From positions 1-64,000 of the forward strand of contig CAZOYD010000003.1 of assembly GCA_964583985.1 (NCBI GenBank): a stretch of DNA of 64,000 nucleotides. The letters are read 5' to 3'. Under the pieces are notes generated by a model that did not search any database, was not told where the DNA came from, and saw nothing but the letters and a program-made list of their open reading frames with translations. Below are positions 49,650 to 59,054 of this stretch, piece by piece. Position 1 is the stretch's first letter. Each line of letters starts with the position of its first letter. The position numbers were made by a program, and so were the translations under genes. This DNA comes from an uncultured archaeon (GTDB lineage: Archaea > Asgardarchaeota > Lokiarchaeia > Sigyniarchaeales > SOKP01).

Positions 49650-51188
49650 CTAATCAATTGCTTCCTCAATTAATATCACAAAATTACTTCCTTTATTATG
49701 GATGCCTTTAACCTTATCCTCTACCCAAATTTGACCATTATATGATTCAATTAATTTTTTTACTAAAGATAATCCTAACCCCAATCGATCAAAACTCTTC
49801 GATTCAATAGTACCTATTTGAAAAATAGTTGTTTTTTGAGTATCTGATATACCTATTCCGTTATCAACAAACTGAATTTGAATATTCGGCTTGTCATCTA
49901 TTCTTTTCTTATCAATTATAATATCAAGTTCTACGAATTTATTTCTATTATGCTTGAAAGCATTATATACGACATTTTGGAACACGTCCAGTAATAATTC
50001 ATTAGCTCTCACGAAAATATTCTCAGAAGGTGAAATTAATTGGAAATTTAATTTCTTCTTTGGAAAAATTTTCCGGACTTCTTCAACGGCTTTTTTTATA
50101 TACTCGCATGCGTTTATGGAAAGTAAAATCTTTTCCTTATAATCAATGGAGGAGATTTTTCTTATATTAGAAATTAAATTTGCTCCACGATTTACCTGGT
50201 TCTCAATGATGTCATATAGCTTTTCCAATTCGGATAGATCTTTTTCTTCCGTACGACATAATTCTACTGAAGATAATATCCCCTGCAAAATATTACTAAC
50301 ATCATGAGCAAACACATCTTTATAAAATTCAGCTCTATCATATGCCTCTCTATAATTTTTCTCTGAGTTCTTCAAATCCGTCTCTGCTTCTATCCGTTTA
50401 GTTATATCTTCGTAAGTGCATAAAATTCCGACGACTTCGCCCGCAGAATCGTGTAGTGGAATTTTGTTAGTATCCAACCATGCCTGTTTCCCATCTGCTT
50501 GTAACTGTGGTTCTATGATATGATATTCTGGTTTGTCCGTATCCATCACTAATTGATCAATTTCATAGAATGATTCTGATTCACTTATTTTCCAAGGAAG
50601 TTCATAATCAGACTTCCCGATTATGTCCTCCGGATTATCTAGTCCAGCAACTCTTGCAAAATTTTGATTACATCCTAAATATATTGAATTAATATCCTTC
50701 CAAGAGATTAATTGAGGAATATTGTCCATTATGAGCTGAAACATGTTTTTGCTTTTTATGAGTTCAATTTCAATCGTTTTCTGATTAGTAATGTCTCTCA
50801 TAATCCCAAATAAAAAATCATTACTTCCCTTTTCATCTTGAATTATACTCAAACTTAATTCTCCTACAAAAGTTTCGCCATCATTTTTCAAGAACTTGAA
50901 TTCTTCCATTTTAAAGAATTTATTTTCTCCTATTTTGGAAAGCTGCTTTAAAAAAGAATTCTTATCTTCTTCAAGGATAAAATCGACTAAAAGCTTTCCA
51001 ATAAAACTTTTAGCTTCGTCTTCACTAAATAATTGAATGAAATTATCAGAAACTTTTATTATTCTTCCATCTAAATCCAAAATTAATATAAAGTCTGGAT
51101 AAGTCCTCAATAAAGTGTCATAGAGGATTTCTTTGAACCCATTGTTAAAGACATCGTTCATATTAATCTCAGAATTATTATATCTCAA
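49650..51188 (-). CDS. Soluble PAS-PAS sensor histidine kinase
   Basis: Two PAS/PAC domains (RDIT, EDIT), H-box FAHDVSN, N-box NAFKHN, DNGIG, GLGL. Confidence 0.92.
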   Translation of the reverse strand: MRYNNSEINMNDVFNNGFKEILYDTLLRTYPDFILILDLDGRIIKVSDNFIQLFSEDEAKSFIGKLLVDFILEEDKNSFLKQLSKIGENKFFKMEEFKFLKNDGETFVGELSLSIIQDEKGSNDFLFGIMRDITNQKTIEIELIKSKNMFQLIMDNIPQLISWKDINSIYLGCNQNFARVAGLDNPEDIIGKSDYELPWKISESESFYEIDQLVMDTDKPEYHIIEPQLQADGKQAWLDTNKIPLHDSAGEVVGILCTYEDITKRIEAETDLKNSEKNYREAYDRAEFYKDVFAHDVSNILQGILSSVELCRTEEKDLSELEKLYDIIENQVNRGANLISNIRKISSIDYKEKILLSINACEYIKKAVEEVRKIFPKKKLNFQLISPSENIFVRANELLLDVFQNVVYNAFKHNRNKFVELDIIIDKKRIDDKPNIQIQFVDNGIGISDTQKTTIFQIGTIESKSFDRLGLGLSLVKKLIESYNGQIWVEDKVKGIHNKGSNFVILIEEAID

Positions 51189-51269
51189 ATTTTAAAACTT
51201 GTCAATTTTGATAATTATGTCGATTGAATTTATAAAGTCTTTGGCTTGATATTATTTATATTGACTCAT

Positions 51270-52049
51270 TTATTTTTTTTTCTTATTAAGTTGTGTCTTA
51301 ATAAGATTAATTAATTCTTGCTCAGTGAATTCCTTTTCAATTACAATTTTGTATCCTTTATTGAAGCGATTTTTTAGCCAACTAGGCATTAACCAAGCTA
51401 ATCCAAAACCAATAGCAAAAATCACTGCAAGAATAGCCGTTACTCCAAATACCGCTAAACTAAGAGGATTGCTAGGATCTCCCCACGTAATACCTTTTGG
51501 TTGGAAGAATTCAGGAATGTTATTAAAACCAATGATAAACGAAAAAATAGCAATCAAAATATAACGAATTTCAATCCAAGGTTGAACATCTTCATTTTTT
51601 AGCTTTTTATATGAAGAATAGGAAGCCCAAGCCATCCAATCGAAAACAATCATTGTATAGGGAACATCTAAAGAAACATGTATATAATAAAGATCAGGAA
51701 CGCCTCCAAGACTTAGAAATATTAAAACTAATTGAATAATTCCTAAACAAATTACACTAGACAACATAATTATTCCAATTTTCTTCTGATTTCTATAGAA
51801 TGTCAAGTATGTAAATGATGTGGTTGAAATAAAAGAAATAAATACAAAAACCTCTAGATAGCCTTCATGGAAATTAAATAGAAAATCGCCAATAAATCCA
51901 AGACACAATGAAATAAAACCTACACCAGCTACTAATAGGTTAATCAATTTATGTTGTATTCCCTTTATCAGAAAAAAAATTCCCACAATAATTAAAACTC
52001 CAATAAATATCATTAAAAAGCTTAAAAACACTAAATATAATGAGTTCAT
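51270..52049 (-). CDS. Seven-transmembrane hypothetical protein
   Basis: Seven hydrophobic segments followed by AWLMPSWLK and a charged cytoplasmic tail. Confidence 0.78.
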   Translation of the reverse strand: MNSLYLVFLSFLMIFIGVLIIVGIFFLIKGIQHKLINLLVAGVGFISLCLGFIGDFLFNFHEGYLEVFVFISFISTTSFTYLTFYRNQKKIGIIMLSSVICLGIIQLVLIFLSLGGVPDLYYIHVSLDVPYTMIVFDWMAWASYSSYKKLKNEDVQPWIEIRYILIAIFSFIIGFNNIPEFFQPKGITWGDPSNPLSLAVFGVTAILAVIFAIGFGLAWLMPSWLKNRFNKGYKIVIEKEFTEQELINLIKTQLNKKKK

Positions 52050-52053
52050 TTTC

Positions 52054-52329
52054 TCATATCTCTGCTATTGTTATTAAAGATTGATTTGAATTTAATTCAT
52101 CCAATAATTTTTTTACTACTTCTTCAGTATTTGGCACTTTTAAATCCAGGAGTCGCTTTTTAAGAGAATTTTGAATGACTTCTACTAATCTTTCATAATT
52201 TAATTGATTAAATGGATAAAAAGGACCCAATTGATCCTTTATTGCTAGCTTGATTAATCCTCGACCCGCTGGAAGACCTAATTCAATATACTCAGACAAT
52301 TTACTGCCAAGATATTTAATGATTTCCAT
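52054..52329 (-). CDS. Small helical hypothetical protein
   Basis: 91-aa ORF ending 4 bp upstream of the 7TM gene. Confidence 0.75.
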   Translation of the reverse strand: MEIIKYLGSKLSEYIELGLPAGRGLIKLAIKDQLGPFYPFNQLNYERLVEVIQNSLKKRLLDLKVPNTEEVVKKLLDELNSNQSLITIAEI

Positions 52330-52528
52330 GATTAAACGTTAATTTTGATGTATTTGATCGAAGCACTATTTTCTTAAAAATCAAATCCTTATTTAAAAAT
52401 TCCTTATTTAAAAATTAATCTTTGAATTTTCTAATAAATATGATCAGAAGAAAAGGATTACTCGATATTTACTGAATAAGTTTTTAAAATTTATTTTTTT
52501 ATTCTAATTAGTAAGGCGTAAATACATC

Positions 52529-53137
52529 ATGAATGAAACTAAATTGATCAGAAAAAATTTCAAAGGATACTTTTTCCCTACCGATGCTATTGCACTCTCG
52601 ATTACTAGTATATTTGCAGCAATAGCTTGTGTTTTAACGATGACAGTATCAATTCCCGTTCCTGCAACAGGAGGATACATAAATATTGGAGAATTAGCTG
52701 TGATGCTTTCAGGTTTAATTTTTGGGCCCATTATTGGATTTTTATCTGGAGGTGTTGGTTCAGCATTGGCGGATATTTTTCTAGGATATCCTAACTGGGC
52801 ATTCTGGACTTTTTTAGTTAAAGGATTAGAAGGTTTTTTGGTAGGATTAATAGCAAACCCACGCATCTTTCATGGAAAGCGTACATACAAAGATATAATA
52901 GGTGTGATTGCTGGGGGTTCATTAATGGTATTTGGTTATTTTATTGTTGAGTTATTTGTGTTTAATTTTGGAATTGTGGCATCTTTAAGTGAAGTTCCTG
53001 GTAACTTTTTTCAATTCATCTTTGGAGCAATTGGTTCCATCTTATTAATCGTAATCTTAAGAATTAGCATTTTGAATTCAAATCCTCAAACATTCGAGAG
53101 GATATTTGTTATTGAGGATAAAAGAGATCAACCATAA
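52529..53137 (+). CDS. ECF transporter S component
   Basis: IPVPATGGYINIGE, GGVGSALAD..LGY..WA..T..VKGLEG. Confidence 0.9.
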   Translation: MNETKLIRKNFKGYFFPTDAIALSITSIFAAIACVLTMTVSIPVPATGGYINIGELAVMLSGLIFGPIIGFLSGGVGSALADIFLGYPNWAFWTFLVKGLEGFLVGLIANPRIFHGKRTYKDIIGVIAGGSLMVFGYFIVELFVFNFGIVASLSEVPGNFFQFIFGAIGSILLIVILRISILNSNPQTFERIFVIEDKRDQP

Positions 53138-53181
53138 CTACATTAAGACTCATAAAATTGAGATTTTATTAAATTAAATGC

Positions 53182-54129
53182 TTAATCTTTATGATCGTGA
53201 TTTTTAATTTCATCTTCAATAGCACATAACGCACATTCCCCTTCAATCTCGGCTTTTTTACACGTTTCACAAATCTCAAAATGTTGTGAGCCAACAGCTT
53301 TACCAGCGCGACGTTTTGGTGAAAAAACCATAGAAATTACAAAAACAATGCTTACAGTTATAGTAATCGTAGCACCTGAAGGTAAATCTAATTCATATGA
53401 GAAAAACAACCCTAAGAATGAGGATAGTGCTCCAAATAATACTGAGAGTAATATAATTCTATTTAATTTATAACTCCATTGATAAGCAGCAGCAGCAGGA
53501 GTAACAATCATGGCAAAAACTAAAATCGCCCCTATTGCTTTTAAAGAAACAACAATAGCTAGTGAAATTAATATTAAAAACAAATAGGATAAAAATCTTA
53601 CAGGTAACCCAGTAGCGCTTGCCATTTCTTCGTCAAAAGTCATAAAAAATAATTCTTTTTTCATAAAATATATAATTCCAAGAATGAAAATACTGAATAA
53701 AATTAATAAGATGAGATCTTCGGTCGTAACTACAAGAACATTTCCAAATAAAATTGCATTTACACCGGCATTATAGGTTTTTATTAAACTAATAAACAAG
53801 ACGGCTAACGCCATGGTAAATGAAAATATAATTCCTACTGCAACGTTATTATCTTCTACATAACCTTTTTCATTAATAAATCCAATTGTAAATGCAGAGC
53901 CTGTCCCAAACAAGAAGATAGTTAAGAAAGGGTTAACTCCAAGAAGTATCCCTAGAGCACCACCTGCAAAAGAAGCATGTGCAATTCCCGCTCCCATAAA
54001 TACAAGTTGTCTTAGAATTATATACACTCCAACTAATCCACAGATAACCCCTACCAATATTGATGTGATTAATGCCCTTTGTAAAAAGGTGAATTCCATT
54101 AAAGCTTCAAAAAAATTTTGATAAATCAT
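53182..54129 (-). CDS. Zn/Mn ABC transporter permease (ZnuB-like)
   Basis: FLQRAL, GIAHASFAG, LFGNVL, TFDEEMA..G, PAAAA, DLPSG. Confidence 0.92.
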   Translation of the reverse strand: MIYQNFFEALMEFTFLQRALITSILVGVICGLVGVYIILRQLVFMGAGIAHASFAGGALGILLGVNPFLTIFLFGTGSAFTIGFINEKGYVEDNNVAVGIIFSFTMALAVLFISLIKTYNAGVNAILFGNVLVVTTEDLILLILFSIFILGIIYFMKKELFFMTFDEEMASATGLPVRFLSYLFLILISLAIVVSLKAIGAILVFAMIVTPAAAAYQWSYKLNRIILLSVLFGALSSFLGLFFSYELDLPSGATITITVSIVFVISMVFSPKRRAGKAVGSQHFEICETCKKAEIEGECALCAIEDEIKNHDHKD

Positions 54130-54249
54130 TATTTACCTATTTTAATATATTCACTTTGATTTTATTAGTTTTTATTATTATTAATTTTATTTCAATCCAA
54201 TTTCATTTAATTTCATATCATAAGAATATTTAAATAAATTCAAACTTAT

Positions 54250-54281
54250 TTACGATCTATCGTAATTACGATCAATCGTAA
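54250..54281. promoter_or_regulatory. Tandem palindromic operator TTACGAT-NN-ATCGTAA x2
   Basis: TTACGATCTATCGTAA (54250-54265) abuts TTACGATCAATCGTAA (54266-54281), between a TATA-like TTTAAATA (54229-54236) and the start codon at 54301. Confidence 0.7.
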
Positions 54282-54300
54282 AAATAATCTTATAAAATAG

Positions 54301-55359
54301 ATGATCAAGATACAAACCCATTCAAAAAATCGATTATTAGCTCTTTTATGGATCGTTTCTCTAGTCATGGGAATGAGTTTTGTTAAAATAATTCCAAAGG
54401 AACTCATTTCAGGAGAAAAACCATTAAATTCTACGATTAATCCATCCACTACTACTTTAAAAATAGTTACATCTATTACAATAATAGAAGATATTGTGGA
54501 AAACGTGGTTGGACAAGATGTTGAAGTAGTAGTAAGTGGGACAGAAGATCCCCATTCATATGAACCAACTAGTAGCGAGATATTAGCATTGGAAAATGCG
54601 GACATTATCTTCCGAATGGGAATAGAGGATTTAGAACCATGGTGGAGATCAGAATGGGACGATTCCATTGTAATAAAATTAGTAGATCCATCAATGATCA
54701 AAATAGATCCATTATTAGGATTTGGAAATCCTCATGTATGGATGGATCCTAATAATGTTAAGAATTTTACAATGAGAATTAATGGGACTCTTTGGGATAA
54801 TGAACCTCTTCAATCTAACAAGTGGTTATTTTCTAATAATACAGTAACTTATCTAAATACTTTAGACTCATTAATACTTGAAATAGAAAGCGTTAAGAGT
54901 AGTTTTCAAGGGTTAAAATTAATACTGAATCATCCTGCCTTTTTCTATTTATTTCAAGAGTCTTTGCTTAATATTTCAAGGTTAGCTACAATTGAAAAAG
55001 GAGAGGAACAAGAACCTTCTGCTGTAGAAATAGCAAATATAATTGCTTTAATGAAACAAGAAAATTGCCATCTAATTGTTACCGATCCACAACACAAGAC
55101 TGAAAATGTATACGAAATTGCGAGAGAAACTAACTCTAAAATTGCTTTATTAACTGCCCTATTAAATGTAGATGTTGAGTGGGATGGTAATGCTGTCAAC
55201 ATTAATAATTATACTCAGATGATCGAATATGATATATGGGCATTAGCACACCCGCTAGACCCTCCTCCATTAATAGACTTATGGTTAACAATTTTAATAA
55301 TAGGAATGGCTATAGCAATCATTTTTATTATAGGGATAATTTTAAGAAGGAGAAAATAA
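54301..55359 (+). CDS. Zn/Mn ABC transporter substrate-binding protein (ZnuA-like) with C-terminal TM anchor
   Basis: DPHSYEP, NPHVWMDP, NHPAF.Y, EPS. Confidence 0.92.
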   Translation: MIKIQTHSKNRLLALLWIVSLVMGMSFVKIIPKELISGEKPLNSTINPSTTTLKIVTSITIIEDIVENVVGQDVEVVVSGTEDPHSYEPTSSEILALENADIIFRMGIEDLEPWWRSEWDDSIVIKLVDPSMIKIDPLLGFGNPHVWMDPNNVKNFTMRINGTLWDNEPLQSNKWLFSNNTVTYLNTLDSLILEIESVKSSFQGLKLILNHPAFFYLFQESLLNISRLATIEKGEEQEPSAVEIANIIALMKQENCHLIVTDPQHKTENVYEIARETNSKIALLTALLNVDVEWDGNAVNINNYTQMIEYDIWALAHPLDPPPLIDLWLTILIIGMAIAIIFIIGIILRRRK

Positions 55360-56075
55360 TGGATCCAATTATAAGTCTGAAAAATATTCAAGTAGGGTAT
55401 CAAAATACCATCGCACTTAATAATATTAATTTGGATATTTTTCAAGGAGAATATATTGGCATTTTTGGACCAAATGGTTCGGGCAAAACCTCTTTATTAA
55501 ATACAATACTAGGATTGAAAAAACCAATTAAAGGTACAGTGAAATTATTTAATTCAGATAATTTAAAAAAAATGAGGGTCAATATTGGCTATGTACCTCA
55601 AAATCCAAAGGCTAAAAAAACTTTTCCAGCCTCAGTTGGTGAGGTTGTTGAAATGGGATTATATGGGAAAATTGGATTTTTAAAACCTCTAAGAATTGAA
55701 GATGAAAGACAAGCTGAAAAAGCTTTGCACGATGTTCACATGGGAAAGTTCAAGAATCGACCAATTGGGCATTTATCTGGAGGAGAATTGCAAAAAGTTA
55801 TGGTGGCACGAGCTTTAGTTTCTGAACCGAAAGTAATTCTTTTAGATGAACCAACAAGTGCTTTGGATTTTTTGATGGTGAAAGAGTTAATGGAACTACT
55901 TACTGAATTAAATGAAAAATTCAATATTACAATCATAGTTATTAATCATCATTTAGATTTATTGACTCCATATTGTTCAAGATTATTGTTAATGGACGGT
56001 ACTATTGTATTTGATGGAAATCCGAATGATAAGAAAGTAAAAGAAATAATAGATGAAATATTTATTAAACATTAA
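55359..56075 (+). CDS. Zn/Mn ABC transporter ATPase (ZnuC-like)
   Basis: GPNGSGKT, GYVPQ, LSGGE, LLDEP; start set at the TAATG overlap (55359) rather than 55236. Confidence 0.93.
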   Translation: MDPIISLKNIQVGYQNTIALNNINLDIFQGEYIGIFGPNGSGKTSLLNTILGLKKPIKGTVKLFNSDNLKKMRVNIGYVPQNPKAKKTFPASVGEVVEMGLYGKIGFLKPLRIEDERQAEKALHDVHMGKFKNRPIGHLSGGELQKVMVARALVSEPKVILLDEPTSALDFLMVKELMELLTELNEKFNITIIVINHHLDLLTPYCSRLLLMDGTIVFDGNPNDKKVKEIIDEIFIKH

Positions 56076-56104
56076 TAAAAATATGAATTTTTAACTATAA
56101 AATC

Positions 56105-56533
56105 ATGATGGATTTGGATTACAAGGTCATAAAATTAATTTTTCGTTTAGAAGAACCAGTTAAAATTAGTCATCTCTCAAAAAAAATGGTAATCGCACAC
56201 TCAACGCTAGGTAGTTGTATTAAAAGACTAAAAAATGAAGGTTATGTGAATTACGAAGCTTATCATGAAGTCAAGTTGACATCTAAGGGGAATAATTTAG
56301 CAAAAGAACTAATTAGGCATGCTAGACTTATTGAAATCCTATTATATTCTGAATTAGGAGTAAAACCAGAACTTGCACATAAAGAAAGCGAAAAATTAAA
56401 TCTACTGTTGTCGTGTGAGACTATAAATAAAATTTGTAAGAAATATGGACATCCCAAAAGATGCCCTTGTGGTGAAGAGATATTAAGTTCAAGTCATTGC
56501 CTATGTGAAGATGAGGTAGGAAACAAAGCTTAA
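56105..56533 (+). CDS. DtxR/MntR-family metal-dependent transcriptional regulator
   Basis: HTH, LTSKG...A..LIRHARLIE.LL, GHP..CPCG. Confidence 0.87.
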   Translation: MMDLDYKVIKLIFRLEEPVKISHLSKKMVIAHSTLGSCIKRLKNEGYVNYEAYHEVKLTSKGNNLAKELIRHARLIEILLYSELGVKPELAHKESEKLNLLLSCETINKICKKYGHPKRCPCGEEILSSSHCLCEDEVGNKA

Positions 56534-56567
56534 AAAGTTAAATTATTTTAAATTTCCCTTTGAACGT

Positions 56568-56816
56568 TTAAGGCTCGAAGGATCTATTATGAATCACTTT
56601 ATCAATTGCTTCTAGGCAAGCTTCATCCCAATCATCATTTGGTGATATATCCTTGCAACAATCTGGACACCAATCATCTGGATATGCATCATCCCGATCC
56701 TCAAATTCAATATCTCCATTTAAAGTTCCCCCACAATATAAACATGATCCTTCTTCATACCGTTCTAAAATTTCAAGAATTAACTCAATTTTCTTCTTAT
56801 TATTCATGTTAATCAT
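56568..56816 (-). CDS. Small acidic zinc-binding hypothetical protein
   Basis: CLYC...WCPDC. Confidence 0.65.
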   Translation of the reverse strand: MINMNNKKKIELILEILERYEEGSCLYCGGTLNGDIEFEDRDDAYPDDWCPDCCKDISPNDDWDEACLEAIDKVIHNRSFEP

Positions 56817-56856
56817 AATTGATATATGTTTTAAATTAAAAAATTAAAAAAAAAAA

Positions 56857-57891
56857 TTATTTTAGGAATTTTGCTGCATTCGCTAGATTAATTTCTGCAC
56901 CTTTAATGATATCTTCAAAAATATCTTTAACGCTTTCTATTGAATTAATAATACCAATGCTTTGACCTAATAAAACAGCTCCATCTACAATGTCTCCCCC
57001 ATATACCATTTCATAATGCTTCTGATCCGCTAAGGCTTTTTCTGGAGTTAACATTTCTTCTTCAGCTAATTTTTCTTCCTTGCTTGAGACCACACCATGA
57101 TGAAGTGAATAATTATTTTTCCAAAGACGTATTGGACCTAAAACACCAGTCACATATCTGGTATCTTGAGCTTTAGCTGGTGGAATAATGTTTTTATAAT
57201 TTTCATGGAATTCACTTTCTTTTGCAGCAATAAATCTTGAACCCATCGCTATCCCTCCCGCACCCATTGCTAAAGCTGCAGCCAATCCTTCTCCCGTCGC
57301 AAAACCTCCACAAGCAATAACTGGAGCTTTGGGGAAGTTCTTTCTCACTTGTTGTAATAAGACTAAGGTGCTTATCTTCTCATAGGATTGATGACCACCA
57401 CCTTCCCATCCTGTAGCGACCATTCCATCTACTCCTGCTGCTTGGCATTTTCCAGCTAACCATAATGAAGGAGCGACATGAAAATGCTTGATTTGAGAAC
57501 CGCTCTCCTTTAGCTTCTGGAATGAAGCATTTTGAATCATTTTAGGAGTTCCAGCACTCGTGACTACATAGACGCATTGATCTCTCAATTTGGGATTATC
57601 TCGAATGAATCTTGGAATTGCTCGACATAATGAAGGGGCATCTACCTGTAATCTAGACGTCCTGATATTGAATCCAAATGGTTTATCCGTATGTTCAATT
57701 ACATATTCCATGTTTTTCTTCATTTCCGCCAAACTACTCTTTCCAAACAAGTTAGTATGACTTAATACGCCTAGACCTCCTGCTTCTGAAACTGCAACAG
57801 TGAGTTCTGTAGTGTAGAATGGACCCATAGGAGCAGCAATAATTGGATGTTTAATTCCAAACATTTTTGTTATGTTAGTTTCTAAAACCAC
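56857..57891 (-). CDS. Nitronate monooxygenase / FabK-family flavoprotein
   Basis: PIIAAPMG, VSEAGGLG, EGGGH, GGFATG, MGSRF, GQSIG. Confidence 0.9.
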   Translation of the reverse strand: MVLETNITKMFGIKHPIIAAPMGPFYTTELTVAVSEAGGLGVLSHTNLFGKSSLAEMKKNMEYVIEHTDKPFGFNIRTSRLQVDAPSLCRAIPRFIRDNPKLRDQCVYVVTSAGTPKMIQNASFQKLKESGSQIKHFHVAPSLWLAGKCQAAGVDGMVATGWEGGGHQSYEKISTLVLLQQVRKNFPKAPVIACGGFATGEGLAAALAMGAGGIAMGSRFIAAKESEFHENYKNIIPPAKAQDTRYVTGVLGPIRLWKNNYSLHHGVVSSKEEKLAEEEMLTPEKALADQKHYEMVYGGDIVDGAVLLGQSIGIINSIESVKDIFEDIIKGAEINLANAAKFLK

Positions 57892-58078
57892 GATTTTTTA
57901 CCCTTTTACCCTTATATTTAAAAATTTCTTAATATACTAATATTCGTAGTATTGAATTTAAAGGTTAATTTAGTTTAAATACTAAAATTTGTATAATAGC
58001 AAATTATCTAAAAGAAACCAAAAATGTTATAAAATTATATAGATATAAAAAACTCTTCAAATTATTCAAAAGATTATC

Positions 58079-59044
58079 ATGAAATATCCCAACATTATCA
58101 GCATAGGAGAATTATTAGTAGAGATTATGCGGACAGAAGTTGATATTCCTCATGGTGCCTCAGCAGAACTATATCGTGGACCATTTCCAAGTGGTGCTCC
58201 TGCTATTTTCATAGATTCTGCAGCTCGTATGTCCAAGCAATTCAATTTAACAACGGGATTTATAGGAGTCAAAGGTTCAGACGAATTTGGTGATTGTATT
58301 ATTTCAAAATTAGAATTCGATGGCGTGGATGTTTCTCAGATAAGAACCTCAAATGATAAAACAACGGGAATTGCTTTCAATCAATATAACAGTGATGGAT
58401 CCCGCAAGTTCATCTTCGTTGCTGGAGCAGCTGGCGAAACATGTCAAGACGATGTAGACGAAGAATATTTTTCAAATATAAGAGCTCTCCATATTATGGG
58501 TAGTTCTCTTTCAATAAGCGAAACTTCAAGAGAAGCTTGTTATAAGGCTATTAGAATAACTCGGAAAGTAAATCCGAAAGCAATTATTTCATTTGATCCT
58601 AACCTTAGACCTGAAATGCTTGATATTAACACCATTTTAAAAATTTCTGAACCTGTTTTAGATGAAACTAATATTTTATTACCCAGTGGAGAAGAAGCTG
58701 AAATGTTAGCAGGAGTTGAAGGTGAAAAAGCTGCTTGTTTAAAATTATTGGAGAAAAACCCCGCTATTGTAGTATTAAAACAAGGAAAAAGAGGTGCTTC
58801 AGCCTTTATCGAAGATCAAGAGACGGAAATTCACGTTCCTGCATTTAATGTTGATGAGATAGATCCTACTGGAGCAGGAGATTCATTTGGAGGTGCTTTT
58901 ATTGTGGGATATTTACAAGGATGGAATTTAGAACACGTTTTAAAGTTTGCTAATGCAAGTGGTGCTTTAAAAGTGAATCATTTCGGTCCAATGAGTGATA
59001 ACTCGTATTCTGATACTATTAACTTTTTAGAACAATCTCGATAA
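58079..59044 (+). CDS. PfkB-family sugar kinase
   Basis: GELLVE, SGAPAI, FDPNLR, DPTGAGDSF. Confidence 0.93.
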   Translation: MKYPNIISIGELLVEIMRTEVDIPHGASAELYRGPFPSGAPAIFIDSAARMSKQFNLTTGFIGVKGSDEFGDCIISKLEFDGVDVSQIRTSNDKTTGIAFNQYNSDGSRKFIFVAGAAGETCQDDVDEEYFSNIRALHIMGSSLSISETSREACYKAIRITRKVNPKAIISFDPNLRPEMLDINTILKISEPVLDETNILLPSGEEAEMLAGVEGEKAACLKLLEKNPAIVVLKQGKRGASAFIEDQETEIHVPAFNVDEIDPTGAGDSFGGAFIVGYLQGWNLEHVLKFANASGALKVNHFGPMSDNSYSDTINFLEQSR

Positions 59045-59054
59045 TTTAATTTAT

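Noticed and set aside
55236-55358. N-terminal extension of the ABC ATPase
   Set aside because: It overlaps the binding-protein gene by over 120 bp; TAATG coupling at 55357-55361 gives a normal start.
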